A DNA stretch of 64,000 bases from Octopus vulgaris (taxonomy: Eukaryota): the NCBI GenBank assembly GCA_951406725.2, contig OX597822.1, positions 118,048,001 through 118,112,000 of the forward strand. Direction: 5' to 3'. Under the pieces are notes generated by a model, which worked only from the letters and a program-made list of their open reading frames with translations, had not been told where the DNA came from and did no database searches. Positions 27,924 through 42,174 of the stretch are shown piece by piece; positions within the stretch are counted from its first letter, which is position 1, and every line of letters begins with the position of its first letter. A program made the translations under genes and the position numbers.

Positions 27924-27983
27924 CAACAACAATAACAACAATAATAATAATAATAATAACAACAACAACAATAACAACAATAA
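27866..27983. repeat. (CAA)n/(TAA)n trinucleotide microsatellite
   Basis: Direct reading. Confidence 0.95.
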
Positions 27984-30099
27984 TCCGAAATCCATTAACT
28001 TTTGTCAGTGCTACTTTCTAACACTTTAACCTTGTATCTAATAAATTGGAAACCTATACAGAAAAAATACAAAAGACTGTGCTTAAATATTATTTTCATT
28101 AGGTTCATTAAGTAATTATCATTAATACAGAGCTATCAAAAACTAGTTTTGCTTTATTGCTCATATATTAATGGCCGACAACACTTAACCACTGATAAAA
28201 TAAATTGAAGTACTTGTAAGTTTCTAAACGACTTTTTTTCGACGGTAAAGTGTTTCGTGGGTCGAACGAGTCGGAGTTTGGACTAATTGCCTCGAATATT
28301 CTTTACATATAATACTTTTTACTTGATTCAACTATGAGTTTGTTTGCATTCAATGTCTATTTGCGTGTTTCTATTTGGTGCTTTTGTTGGGGAAGCATAA
28401 TATTGTGCAAATTGAAGAATAAAAATAAATATTTAATGAAGTTAGAAAGCGAAGAAGTTCTACAATCATCGGTGTCAAAGAAAACGTTTCAACGTATTTT
28501 GATACAACTCTTTTGATGTAAGTTCAAATCAAGCTTAGGTTGGCTTTCTCTTTTTTCTTTCCATGGTCGATAAAACAAGTAGTGATCAAATACCGGAGTT
28601 GATTGTGCTCCCTATATCAAATGTGTAATCTTGTGTCTACGTTATAAATATTTAATGCATAAATGTACCGAGATATGATTACGACTATTAACGCCCTGAG
28701 TTCAAATATTATCGAAGTTGGCTTCGACTTTTATCCTTTCGAAGTCGATAATATAAGTTCCATCCATATACACTTGTTCATCAATTAAATGGTTGTCTTA
28801 TTCAGGGTACGATAAAAACAACTCCCGTATTGCACAGGTTAGCAAGCGTTTCAACAGCTAACACACAGCCTGCACCAATCCAGATCATGACAATAACTAA
28901 AAAGTGACACAACTATTCAAAAACACTAATACCATCAACCTAACTTTACTAGCCCCACATAGATGGCCGGGTAAAATATGAGATTTTTTTCTTTTCTGTT
29001 GATGCCTAATTTGAACACTGAAAAATAGTGGACCTTCTCTCTCCCTCCCTTTCTCTCTCTCACTCCCTTTCTCTCTCTTTCCCTCCTTATCTATCTTATC
29101 ATTATTCTTAAGCTGATAATCTCTTATATATGCTGCGGCGAAAATCCCTCAGAGTTTATCATTAAACAGCGGCCACATGGCGTTCACCGGTCCAAACAAC
29201 GATGGCAACTCACAAACAACGATAAAACATTATCTATCCCATTACTACTCACTTAACTTCAGTAGCGCCACATAAATGGGAACCTTATCTATTGTACCTT
29301 GTACTGATGTAGGAAATGAATAGTTAAAATAAGTTCCAGAAAGCTGAAGACGTGCGAGAGTTCAATCCCTAGTTGGAACACACTGCATCCTTTACGTTGC
29401 TGTCATCAGCAAGAAAAATATGGATACCACTTTAATTCCATTTTAATCGCCTAAAATATTTTCTTGTACCTGAGCTAAACTTATAAGCATTTGATAATAC
29501 GCGTTGTTAACGACATTGAATAACATGCGATATACTAGCGGACTTCGGTTTAAGTCCGTCTCCTCGTAGAAAGAAACCAATATTTCACAATATTACCAAT
29601 GAAAGTGTCTTGAAAATCATTATTCCAACTTATTATAAAGTTTCTTTGCGTTTGGATTTCAATTCTTGCTGGTGTCGATTTCCCCTTTAATAATTTCGAG
29701 GGAAACAATTAAGTAATATTTCTGTTCTGGGCTAAAGTTAATCAATTGTTGTCTACCCGACATTTTGTGGACCCATATCACAATTGGAAATTATAATTAT
29801 GCTTAGTATACTATTAATTCTTTATAACAAACTAGTTTATTTAATAAATGATGCTGGTGTCTTAGCCACGTCACACAACAAGAGATAACTGATCTTACAA
29901 TAACTGACTATAGTGCTACCCGGCATATGTTGGGAATATCATTTTAGTTAACCCTTGGTAATGTTGCACCAGTAACTTATAATTAAACAGCATTCTTATT
30001 ATTAATAACATATTTGCTGCAATTATCACAAATGGGAAATTTATTTCATCCAATTTTGTTTTAAATAAATGTGATGTTTTGCAAAGAACTTGCACATGC

Positions 30100-31400
30100 A
30101 AGTGCAACCAGTCGAAAGCTTCGCATATCGAAAACCAGCAAGTGTATGGGTTCATCAGGAAAGAATGCGCACCGTTTTGGGGCCTGTCTTTCGACGGCAT
30201 CAATGCGCACTCACTCACTGATATGAGGCCCTGCATGCAAGATCAACTGGTTATTAAATAAAGCTCAATATCCTTCTAGCCATCGCTCATCGTCTCTTTT
30301 TAACCAAATCCAGTGGCTAGCCTTCTCCACTGTAGTTTGGATATCGGTCATGGTGGTATTGACTTTACAATGAGTTAGGCCTAACGATAACAATAGTCGT
30401 TTCACACTGTGTCCTACATCCGACTTCGATAGGAAAATGTTCCGCTTTCCAGCCTGCGTCTTCACATTCCTCGAAGAGGTTTACATAATGGTCAATCGTA
30501 CGAGCCCAAGCGGCGTTCATGTTATCTTCATGAGGAACCGTTAACTCGACTAGATTCACAACTTTCTTTCCTTCACACCACATTAAAATGTCCGGTTTGT
30601 TTTCGTAATTGGGTTGGGAAAGAGTCCCTGGCACCCTGGTAAATCTTCACTCACCTCCTTATAGCCGTTCCAATTTTCATCGCTCAAAGGAAGTTTGTTG
30701 TTCTTCTTCTTGAAACGGATCCGCTGTCCTGAGCGCACGATGGTAATAAAATCTCTAGTTTTGACGCTGTTGCCAACAAAAGATCTGCGTTCGCTCCGCA
30801 TCATACTTGTGAATGGTCTGAACTGATCTGTGCCAAAACAAGTCCCTTCCGATGATTTTGCGTTGCACCCACCATATCTCGGTGTGTTAAGAGAAGACCA
30901 GATGTCATCAGTTTCTGCTTCTGCTTTCCACTTTCCGGCTATTTTCATCTCTGGTCGATTGCGCCTGATTTCCATGTCCTTCGACTCTCTCAGTATCATC
31001 ACCGTTCGTACCTCCTCCAGTTTATATATTTCGACTATTGACGCCAGTAGTAACTTCAACGAGCCTCTTTTGCGATAAAGAGCTGAACTGTTCAACATCC
31101 GAGGTAGGCCTGGCCTCTTTCTAATGAACACATTACATTTTTTGTTCAATGATTTGAACTCATGTCAATGCTACCTCGTATATTAAAAGTGGTCACGAAA
31201 GTCGCGATACAAGCCGAACTGTAAACACAAAATTTTATATTTACCTGGTAACTTTAAGTTATCAATTACTGATAATCCAATCTCGGCTTGTTTCATAATT
31301 TCCATTCCACGACTCCTTTCTGAGAATGTTCCAGAATATTCTCGCCCCAAGCTCTTGACGGGTTCTTCCATTACTCAGTAAATATGTCACTGTTCTCCTC
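30100..31400 (-). mobile_element. HERO-like RLE non-LTR retrotransposon, 5'-truncated and frameshifted
   Basis: PVKSLGR.Y, LPGKYK..CLQFGL, GLPR.L.S.ALY, KPDILMW..KKV.LVELTVPHE, GWKA..FPIEVGCR, EKASHWIWLKR. Confidence 0.85.
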
Positions 31401-33993
31401 GAGAGAATTCCCATAGAGATCTTGCCTTATATTAGTATTCATTTGAGGAAAGAATCAAATACTAATTTACGAAATTTGAAAAACAAAAACATGAAAAATA
31501 TAATTATTGTAACAATGTAGCATAATCTGATGACCCCACCCCTGAGAAAACTATGTCCCCTGATGTGTAACGTTTCAGTTTTACATAACTCTCGACTGTA
31601 CTATACCCCGTCTTAAAACTATTTTGCTTTGACACATCACAATCTTCAGCATCACTACAATACTTCCTCCTCAATAGCTTTCTTTCCTTTAATTAACTCG
31701 TTCACTTGCCATTCCACTTGTCACGACTGCACCTAAACAATCAATCACGGTTAGCATAATCTGCATATTTATCATCTTTTCCATTCAGATATTCTCAGAA
31801 CCAGTTGTCAGGAGTGACCATAACAGCAATTCGTATCAACTTCTGATGTTATCTATCTAAAAGCGAATTTCACATTTTAGCATTCATGTATGTACCTAAC
31901 CCACGGTTAGAACCAACATTACCGTATTATAATTTTAACTGCGTATTTTACCTGCTTTCCCTGAATAACCTGCTAAAATTTAATCTTTTCTATATATTCT
32001 ATCGATTCTCTTATTTCTTTAGTTTGTTTCTTTCAGTGACAGTCTGTACAGATTTCTTGTTATCCAAGCTACAAGCTGTGAATCCGTTGCCGATTCCGTA
32101 TTGTTTATTGTAAATAATTGGTGCTGCAGGTTTCTATTGGCACACAGTTGGTGGTCTTTGTCCTTATACAATTCCGGCATTTTCTCTCTCAGTTTAATTT
32201 TCTTCGTGGGTTAACAGAGGGATTCCTTTAATATATGGTATGAAATAGTTCTTCAGCCAGTTTTCCGTCTCCTTTTCAACATCGGTTTCTCTTTGCTATG
32301 TATTCTCTAGCTTGCATTTCTTTCTCTTCTCCGTATCTGTGTCTCCTGATGTCCATAGTTGATTGTGTTTTACTGAATTTGTAACATTTCCATGGAGATG
32401 TTGCAGGTGTTTATCATTTTTCACTGCGTTTCAAATTCTTAGCATACCTGGGAGAACTTGAGCTCTAATTTGGCTGCATTCGGCCCTGTATCGATTTTAA
32501 AATTGCTATAAATATTCTAATTTTTCTCATTCAACACTATTCAGCTATATTAGATGTATGTACATATAAGGGATCCGTTTAGTTATTTGGCTACGACTCC
32601 AGCTGGTTTCATACATTTAGCTTGCAATTCCTTCAAGTTCTTTAACTATTTTAACCTGCTTGAGACTGCCTCTGGTCTTATGATATGAACTTCATGTTTA
32701 AAGTGATCTAAACGAAATTTTCCATCAAACATTCATGGCAATTTATGTTCCAGCTTAATAAGGACAAAATTATTTTAACAAATTCTTTACTATTCTCAAA
32801 ATTAATTGAAATATAAACAGTATATTCGACTCAAATATGCTAATAAAATGGTTGAAGCTGTGATCATTATCAGAATTACAAAAAATGTTTTACAAGAACA
32901 TTAGCGACACAATAATTTGTCCCCACACTCTGTCCGAATCCACTTCCGTTATCGGGGACCTCATTGCCTGTCTTTGAACATTCTGACATATCTATCATAA
33001 GTTATAATTACATTTCATTCGAGAATTTAAAAGAAAACTCTACTCTGATATTTCATCCAGAACTACTCTTCTTCTCACATATATTTCTAGCGAGCCGAAC
33101 GAATAAACCCTCCACATACCTCCTCTTTAACTCGTTTTAACATTGCGGGAAGTCTGGATGCGAGAGCTGCTTTGTGCGGTTTTTTTTTGAAAGACAGTTA
33201 ATTTCCGCTTTCTTCTTTTCAGGGCGATTTCGTTTAGATATTGTCACACTTTATCCACATCAATAATAATTTGAAAGCAGCAATACATATATCACATAAT
33301 ATAAATTTTATGTTCACAAAATAGATTTTTAATTTTTACTATAAATTTATAGGCATAAACCTTTTCAAGAGAAATAACTAATCGTATCAAATGTATTTTC
33401 TGAACAAAAGTTTTCAGTGAGGACCAGTCAAAAGCGGAATGGGTGAAGAAATTAGTTACAAATCTTTAATTGAGATACTGGAATTATGAGCAAGTACGAG
33501 TGAATATTGTTTGGTTTGTGAACAGTGAGTCAACCTTCAATCAAAAATAGTTCAAGTTTATTTTCAGATGAGTAAATTGGCATATAAAATATATTGGCAG
33601 TGTCTTCTAAATCTACAGCCAATGACTGCTAGAAGTAGATATATCAAAATTAAATTGAAATTATCTCCAAAGTTATTTTGAGTAAGTAAAGAGCCGACTG
33701 TATCTGTGTTTGTGTGTATATATGGAGGTACTAAGCAAATAGTTATAAGTTGGATGGTACAGTATATGTAACTATTAATAGCTGGACGACCAAAAATCTG
33801 CAAGTACGCACAAGGCATTTAGTTTGGTAGGGAAATGTTAGCATTCCATGGCAAAACAAGATTTAATCAAGGCCAATAATCTGCGTATGTTCTCATCCCA
33901 ATTTGCATACATAAATCCACGGATATGTTTATGTAAACAGACACGCACACACAGATACACACACATACATATATATGAACATACGCACGTTTG

Positions 33994-34025
<32 letters not shown>

Positions 34026-34045
34026 ATCTATATGTATATATGTAC

Positions 34046-34215
<170 letters not shown>

Positions 34216-34240
34216 ATTTATATATATATATACACATATA

Positions 34241-34435
34241 CAGTAATCACTCGCCATATCGCGGTTTATTATTTAAGTTTACGTCGATTCCTCCGTGGTA
34301 TGGTTTGTATTTATAATATAATAAATATATACAAATTATAAAAATAATACAAAATATATATACAATAGAGTACTGTTTCTTCTTCACGGATTTTCACGTA
34401 TCGCGGTGGATTTTGGAACGTAACACTCGCAATAG
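34241..34435. mobile_element. Tigger/pogo-type MITE remnant
   Basis: TA|CAGTAATCACTCGCCATATCGCGG terminus; internal TTCACGGATTTTCAC.TATCGCGG..GGAACGTAAC; right TIR eroded by (TA)n. Confidence 0.55.
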
Positions 34436-34438
34436 TAT

Positions 34439-34536
<98 letters not shown>

Positions 34537-34758
34537 TGTCGCGGTCACTGATGAAACAATCGCCTAGAAAATTATTTTATTTGCTAAAAAATCTTGAAAC
34601 CCAGGTCTGACCGGATTAAAATAACAGGGTAAAAGTTTTTATTTTTCATTCCTTTTGAAGATTGCTCTTAAATGTGATTTTGGTCGTTTTGACTACTTCT
34701 TCTAGACGTGTAGAAACTGCCTGTTGAAGACAGTTTTCTCTTGTGTTTAAATGTACTC

Positions 34759-34805
<47 letters not shown>

Positions 34806-35475
34806 TATATACATGTGTATATACACATGTATATATTTACATGTACACACACATATACATATAGATATATATACGTATATATATATGTGGGGGGTGGTAT
34901 ATGAATATATTTCTTTTGATTCAACACCAACTAGAATTATTGTTGCTTTACAGTACAAGGGAGACATATCTCTTTTCTTTTTCCGGTTTTTTTTTCACCC
35001 TTCCATTTTTTGCGTTCTCATTCTTCCCGTTTTTTCTCACGGTTTCTCTTTTTCTATCGTCCTGGTTTGTAACTTTATAGGCAATGCACCCAGAGCCTGG
35101 GATGGCTTGAAGACGCTAGGCATGTAATAGAAACCTGCCCAGACCACGTCTCTAATTTCATTAGATATATATATAGATAGATAGAGATATATACACACAC
35201 ACATACACACAGATATATATATATATAAGTAGTTCAGGAATTGGAAATGTGAGTGATGTAGAATGTGTATAGGGTTACCTTATAATTATTTTTATTAACT
35301 TCTTATAATCATCAATAATAATGACCTTTTTGACAAGTAATACTCTAAATGTATATATTTGTCACTACCTGTCATAAATAGCCTTTTTGTATCTACAATA
35401 TGCATTTTCGTTGACTTTTCTTATTTTACCCTTACATTTCCACGTGTATTTTATATTTTTTTCAAAACATATTTC

Positions 35476-35566
<91 letters not shown>

Positions 35567-36546
35567 CCACATGTATTTTCACTTGTTTGCTTGTGTATAT
35601 ATATTTGTATATGTATATGTCATGTTTACAGAACATATGGGTTCGGGTTCCACATGTGCAGCTTTCGACTCTTACTGTTGAAAATGTTTCTGATCCCAGT
35701 ATTTAGGCATAAGTATATATCGTTTATAGTTTCATCTACTTCGAGTCATACCGTTAAAAAAAATACGATATATAAGTGTGCAGAAGATAATTTACAGAGA
35801 TTCCTTACTCCGATCTTGCAATGATTCCAGTGTTGCAGTAAAGTAAAGTTTAAAATTAGACGCTAAACAGCTGTTAGAATTTTATATTTTTATGTTCTTT
35901 ATTCCCTCTGCAGTATGGATTATTTTGGTTTCAAGTATCAAAGTCCAACCTTATTAGAAAACTGGTCTGTTTATTGTTTATGCTGTTATGTATGTTTTAT
36001 TCCTTATTAAGAGTCTTTTTCTTTGCTGTACTTCATTAGTTATTAATATAATACAATTATCACTCCAAGTGTAAACGACTGCAAGTTATATTGATCTTTG
36101 TTGCAGATGTTATTTCAGTGATGAAATCCTGGTGGATAGATGATAGATGTCATTATAGATTACCGGCTGATGCTGCCTGCCATGCGGGGGAGATGTAATC
36201 TATCTTCATCTCCATTGATGTTGAAACTTTTCATTAATCACTAAATAATTCCCAACTTCATACAGTCATCACGTGCTCTTCTGTTATTGACCAATTCTGT
36301 AGGTTAAATATATCGTTGGGCTCAATATAGACAATGAAAAGTTGCGCAATATTCTATCTTTTTACTGCCATGTAACACTCATTTTGACTTTTATGTGATA
36401 TATTTGGTTAGTCACTCCTGAAGAGGCCCATCCATATCTTAAAATCATTCCTGTCACTTGTAGGCCTAATTTTGAAATCGTTTGTCTTCTTGGCAAGTGG
36501 TATACTATCATGGACCTTCTGTGAATCCAATCACGGTTTATTTCTG

Positions 36547-36550
<4 letters not shown>

Positions 36551-36609
<59 letters not shown>
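36551..36609. repeat. (TTA)n microsatellite
   Basis: Direct reading. Confidence 0.95.
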
Positions 36610-37160
36610 GAGTGAGAGAGCAGTGCATGCCATCAAAGTGACACGGGTAAAATATACGAAGCCCAATATACCCATCATGACTACCCGCCTGATAAGGGTA
36701 CAGTAGGCACATGCATCACAAACATATGTGCGCGAGATAGTGATCTCATGTCAAGATAAGCAGCACATGACCTTGCAGGTGGGGCCTAGTTAGAATTTTC
36801 TTCTGGTCGAGTAACCCGTCCTGCTCAAAAGGTCCCTGAATAAGGGATGTTTAAAGATGTTGAATAAAACACCCATGTTTCCAGAGGTGAATTATTCAAA
36901 CCTCAAAAAATCCCTCTCAACACATGGCTGTGATGCTCCTCTACTAGTTCTGCTCGTGGTCAGAGACGCACAAATCGTCAGCTACTAAGGTTCATGTTCA
37001 ACTGGTTATGGGCAAACAACTGACAAGCAAATCTGTTGTATTGAGCAGAATATTTGCTGTAGCCCATCTTTTATACCAAGACAAAACAATGTACATGATA
37101 ACACTTCCAATCAGTTAAGATCAGAATCTATGAGAGCCACTGTCTGGTACTGCATCAGGG
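36610..37160 (-). mobile_element. Non-coding insert in (TTA)n, probably the 3' UTR or a non-autonomous derivative of a Dong/R4-type element
   Basis: Unique 550-bp island bounded by (TTA)n on both sides, the same target context as the neighbouring R4/Dong copy. Confidence 0.45.
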
Positions 37161-37326
37161 TATATTATTATTATTGTTGTTGTTGTTTTTTATGTTCAAG
37201 CTAAGTGCTTGAAATTATGTATCAAACATTTTGCTTTAAAGCTAGTATTTTTCTCACTCGACGAAAGTACTCTCTTTTATTTATTATTATTATTACTATT
37301 ACTATTATTATTATTATTATTATTAT

Positions 37327-38509
37327 TCAGTAGTTTTATTTTTATAGCGTGCTTTCACTTCACTACCGAGCGCAGCTCTGTGTGCCTTGGGTATGTGCTG
37401 TGATTTGTTGTGATGCTCTGATGGTTATTGTATGGAAAGTGTTCTGCGTAGGATGTGTGCAGTGCCTAGTAGTGCAATTTTCTGTATGGTATATGTGTTT
37501 GTAAGTCCTGGTGTTTTTGTTATGTATTTGTCTGAATATCTTTTTATCATGCCTAATGCACCTACTATGATAGGAATTGTTTCTGTTTTCACATTCCACA
37601 TTCTAGTAACCTCTATTTCCAGGTCTTTGTATTTTGAGAGTTTCTCCATTTCTTTTAGAGACACGTTGTCATCAGCCGGTATTGATACATCAATTAGAAA
37701 GCATTTTTTTCTTCATGATCTCTGACAACTATATCTGGTCTGTTGGCCTTAATTTCTCTATCTGTATGTATCGGCATATCCCAGAGTATGGTTGCTTTCT
37801 TGTTTTCTGTGACCTTTTCTGGTGTGTGCCTATACCATCTTTTTTCTGTTGTTATTCCATAATGTTGGCATAGCTTCCAATGTATGTAGGTTCCAACTCT
37901 GTCATGTCTGTGAATATATTCCTTCTTAGCCAAGACTGGGCAGCTAGAGATAATATGATTTATTGTTTCTTGTCCATCTCCACATATTCTGCAGTTACTT
38001 GTAATATTTCTTTTCATTACATGTTTTTGGTAATTTCTGGTGGGGAGGCTTTGGTCTTGTGCTGCAATTAAAAATCCCTCTGTTTCTGCTTTGATTCCTG
38101 AGCTTCTCAACCATTGCTGGGATTTTTCTTTGTCTATTTCTTTTGCGTTTAGTTTAGTCCAGTATTTACCATGAAGGGGCTTTTCTTGCCATCGTTTTAT
38201 CATGGTTCGTTGCTGTTCTATTTTTTGTTTGGATTTCATTTGTTTTATAGCTTGTGTTGTTTCTTCATCTTCTTCTTCTTCTTCATGTTTATTAGGTGGT
38301 ATGATTTCTTGTTTGTATTTGTCAGCTTCCTTAAATACTGAGAACAGTTTTTTGTTTTGCTCGTGTTTTGCCGCTATCTGGATCAGTTTTCCTTCCTTCT
38401 GAAGTAGATATTTTTGCAGTCCTATGGTGGTTATTTTATAGTAGTTTTCCAGCTGTATAAGGCCTCTACCACCTTCTATACGTTGTATATATAGTCTTTC
38501 TATGTCAGT
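37327..38509 (-). mobile_element. R4/Dong-clade non-LTR retrotransposon, 5'-truncated, inserted in (TAA)n
   Basis: ERLY..R.EGGRGL, KPLHG.Y, ETEGF..AAQDQ.L.TRNY, CRIC..ETI.HI.S.C..LA..EY..RHD, WD..I.TD..I.ANRPDI, then after one frameshift IDVS.P, KY.DL..E..RMW, PII.GALG; AATAAA in the 3' UTR; (TAA)n on both sides. Confidence 0.93.
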
Positions 38510-38523
38510 TATTATTATTATTA

Positions 38524-38590
<67 letters not shown>

Positions 38591-38599
38591 CATCATTAT

Positions 38600-39125
38600 T
38601 ATTTTAACTCAGATTTTGTTTAAACTCCTAGAGTATTGCATGAGTAGCGGGTTTGCTGCCTGCAGCCTACGGTACCATGCATTCTGTTCTGTTCAAATAG
38701 CTAATACTTTCTGACTGTGCGAAAGGGGAGCAAACGTTTTGTAACAGTTCTACTGGATACCATATTCCGATTTCCTTTATATTTTTCTTGATGCCTTCCG
38801 ATACAGTCTGCAAGCACCCTACATTTATTGACACTATTTTCACCTTCTTCGTTTTCCATACACGGGCTATCTCGTATTTAGCAGGATTGTATATGTCCTT
38901 TTTCTTTTCTTTTTTCTTTTGCCTTCCTTCTTAATTAAAACATTTATGGGGTTTTTTTCTAGATGTGTTACAAGTCGGTTAGATAACTGATATAAGGATT
39001 TTATAAGTTGCTCAGAGTCATATCATTGGCCTTTAGTTCTGTGGGTGTACGGTGTTATTCCTTTTTGAGTATTAGCGTGGTTTGCCCTTTCAGCATCCAG
39101 TTTGATGTCGATTCTGGCTTTCTAT
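38600..39125 (-). mobile_element. Heavily deleted R4/Dong-like remnant
   Basis: Hand translation gives RT-region W.LKGQTTLI.K followed by an NYRP-like ..YKIL, joined to a C-terminal KYEIARVW..KKVKIV.INVG.L. Confidence 0.55.
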
Positions 39126-39164
39126 TATTATGTTAAATTTTGATGTACATGATAACACTTCTCG

Positions 39165-39209
39165 GGAGTGGCCATGGGAACGCGAATGGGCCCCAACTAT
39201 GCGAACCTG
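39165..39209 (+). mobile_element. Penelope-like RT micro-fragment
   Basis: Encodes GVAMGTRMGPNYANL, the characteristic PLE RT motif (G.AMG...P.YANL). Confidence 0.7.
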
Positions 39210-39289
39210 TGAGCATCGGTACTGGTGAGGTGTTTCAGCTAAAAGATCGGGACCTGTCTCTAGTATTTTCTAGTTATTAGTTTTTCTTT

Positions 39290-39755
39290 CGCCCTCTTTT
39301 GGCTGGGAGGGGAAGGCAATTTTTATTTGTCTAGTGGTTGGTTGTAGCCTAAGAGGTAGTATAGTGAACCCGTTTGGCCAAGCCCTCAACTTTTTCAAGT
39401 TTCACTTGAAAAGGAAGTTGAGGGTGGAGAGGAAAGTGCTGCCTTGTAGCAAGTTTGTTGAAAGGTGGGTGAATGTTGGAAGAATGGCCAGTGTGGAAGG
39501 ACCAATTCTGAGCGTGCACCTATAAACAAAAGAAGGGCTCTTGCCTTGTTGTTCAGGCACTCGAGGCTTTTGTGGGGTTTTCCACGAAGTCCTTAAAGCG
39601 CCACCCACATTGGAAGTTTTAAATTGTTTAATTTTGAATCGTTATATATATTGTTTACACGTTGTAAAACCCATGTACCGTCCTGTTTTTGTCTTTTATG
39701 TTGCTGTAGGTGTTTTAATGTAATTTTATGTAAGCCCTTGTGGCCAATAAACCGA
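39290..39755 (+). mobile_element. Probable L1/Tx1-type retrotransposon 3' end
   Basis: EGKAIFICLV..LNFFKFHLKRKLRVERKVL...FVERW...stop at 39525, then a T-rich UTR and AATAAA at 39746. Confidence 0.45.
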
Positions 39756-39868
39756 ATTAATTGTGTACGTGATTTCTTTGCTTGTGATGGAGGTCCATAT
39801 CTATGGTGCTATTTTGCTTTTCTTCATCTTTTTCCCTATTTCTTCATTCAGCAAATTTGTTGAGATGT

Positions 39869-39870
<2 letters not shown>

Positions 39871-39908
<38 letters not shown>

Positions 39909-40035
39909 TATTATTATTATTATTATTACTATTATTATTACTATTATTATCATCATCATTAATATTATTATCATCATCATTATCATCATCATTAATATTA
40001 TTATCATCATCATCATCATCATCATCAATATTATT

Positions 40036-40078
<43 letters not shown>

Positions 40079-40102
40079 ATATTAATATTATTATCATCAT
40101 CA

Positions 40103-40147
<45 letters not shown>

Positions 40148-40155
40148 GTATTAAT

Positions 40156-40221
<66 letters not shown>

Positions 40222-40308
40222 GTCATTATTATTATTATTATTATTATTATTAATATTATTATTATTATTATTGTTATTATTATTATTACTATTATTAATA
40301 TTATTATT
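39871..40308. repeat. Compound (ATT)n/(ATC)n microsatellite with AATATT punctuation
   Basis: Direct reading. Confidence 0.95.
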
Positions 40309-40865
40309 TGTATTTTTTTAGCATTGTTCATAGATGGCTACTTTATACAGCCGGTACTCCATTCTTTCTACAAACTTTCTCTATAGATATATTATTGGTT
40401 GTATAATGATACAGTAAGAATAGAATAAGGCATTCAGTATATATCTTATACACAATATTCTAGCAGCAATATTCTTCCAGAAATGTTTAGTTATTTTAGA
40501 AATGGGAAACGTAAGATCAGCCGATAAATACGTTGTGAATAGGACATTTACTGATATTGCCGAAAATTACCGGGCTGAAATAAACTCCGAGTACGCAATT
40601 AAAAGAGCTTTAAATTAAAATAACCATTTAACACATTATATTACACTATATTACGATATATTTTGTTATATTGTATATTATATTATTCAAACGTGAGAAT
40701 AAAACGATGTAAAAATCTGAAAGGTTATCGAATTTATTATTTGTAAGTAAATTGCTCATAAAAGACACACACACACACATAAAAACTTAAATGTGTGTAC
40801 GTGTGAGTGTATAAATATACACACGTATATATATATATATATATATACATACACACACATCTTCA

Positions 40866-40908
<43 letters not shown>

Positions 40909-41007
40909 ATATACATGTATATATACATGTATGTATGTATGTTGGTAGGCAGGCAGGCAGGCAGGAACGTATGTATTATTTATATACGTATGTATGTTAC
41001 AGGCTGT

Positions 41008-41040
<33 letters not shown>

Positions 41041-41336
41041 AATTCAAAAATAGAACGAAAGTAATTAAATGCGTATTCTATTAAATGAAAATATTGAAGT
41101 AGAAAATCATTTGGAGAAATATAAAACTATAAAACCATTCGAAGCCTTTTGCGCCATCTGGCGCATTTACGAATTTCTAATACAGAGTTATTGCTACTCA
41201 GCTACTTAACAACACCTATTAAAGTAGGCTCTTTGGATTATAATGTTCCTAATGTTAATAGGCCTCTTTATTCGGCCATGTGTTACATGTATATGCTTAT
41301 ATGTATAGCCTCACGCACAAACACAAACAGACATAA

Positions 41337-41415
<79 letters not shown>

Positions 41416-41424
41416 TAAATATAT

Positions 41425-41481
<57 letters not shown>

Positions 41482-42100
41482 CACATATATACACATATAT
41501 ATATATATATATATGCACACGTATACATACGTGTGTGTCTGTGAATATGTAAATGTATATATATAAGGTGTGTATCTGCAATATGCCCATAAATTTCAAA
41601 CTAGATATACGCAAACACGTTATAAATATAATCGTATTATCTGCAGAATGTGTAAGCCGTAGCTGTTTAAGTAACAAACCCTAGGATCATATAAACTTTA
41701 TGAGCCGCCTACCTTCATCTCTTTTAGAACATGTCCTTAATACTTGGATCATACTAGCTGCGAGAATAAATCGAAAACGTTTTATCTCATAAATATTTCA
41801 CAAGTATCTTACTTTTGTAAAGCTTCTGTATAGTATTGTGAACCAGCAAAGCTATTTATACCTATTGAGACGTCTGTACACCTTGTAGATTGATTCACAA
41901 TCCTGATAGCAAATCAATAAATTTTACCATAGCTGTTCATTATTTATTGCCCGTTTTATAACGAAGCTACAATGATGTAATCAGTTTCTGCTCAGAAAGA
42001 CGTAGACTGGATTTAGCTTAGAACTTCTTTTTCTAAAACACTGAGTCATCGTAGCTTTAAGACATGTGTATGTATGTATGTATGTATGTATGTATGTATG

Positions 42101-42135
<35 letters not shown>

Positions 42136-42174
42136 TTTGCAAAATTCTTGAAGTGAATTCGTGTGTTGAAACAG

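Noticed and set aside
36115-36178. C/D box snoRNA (GTGATGA...CTGA)
   Set aside because: Short, with a weak terminal stem and no recognisable rRNA complementarity.
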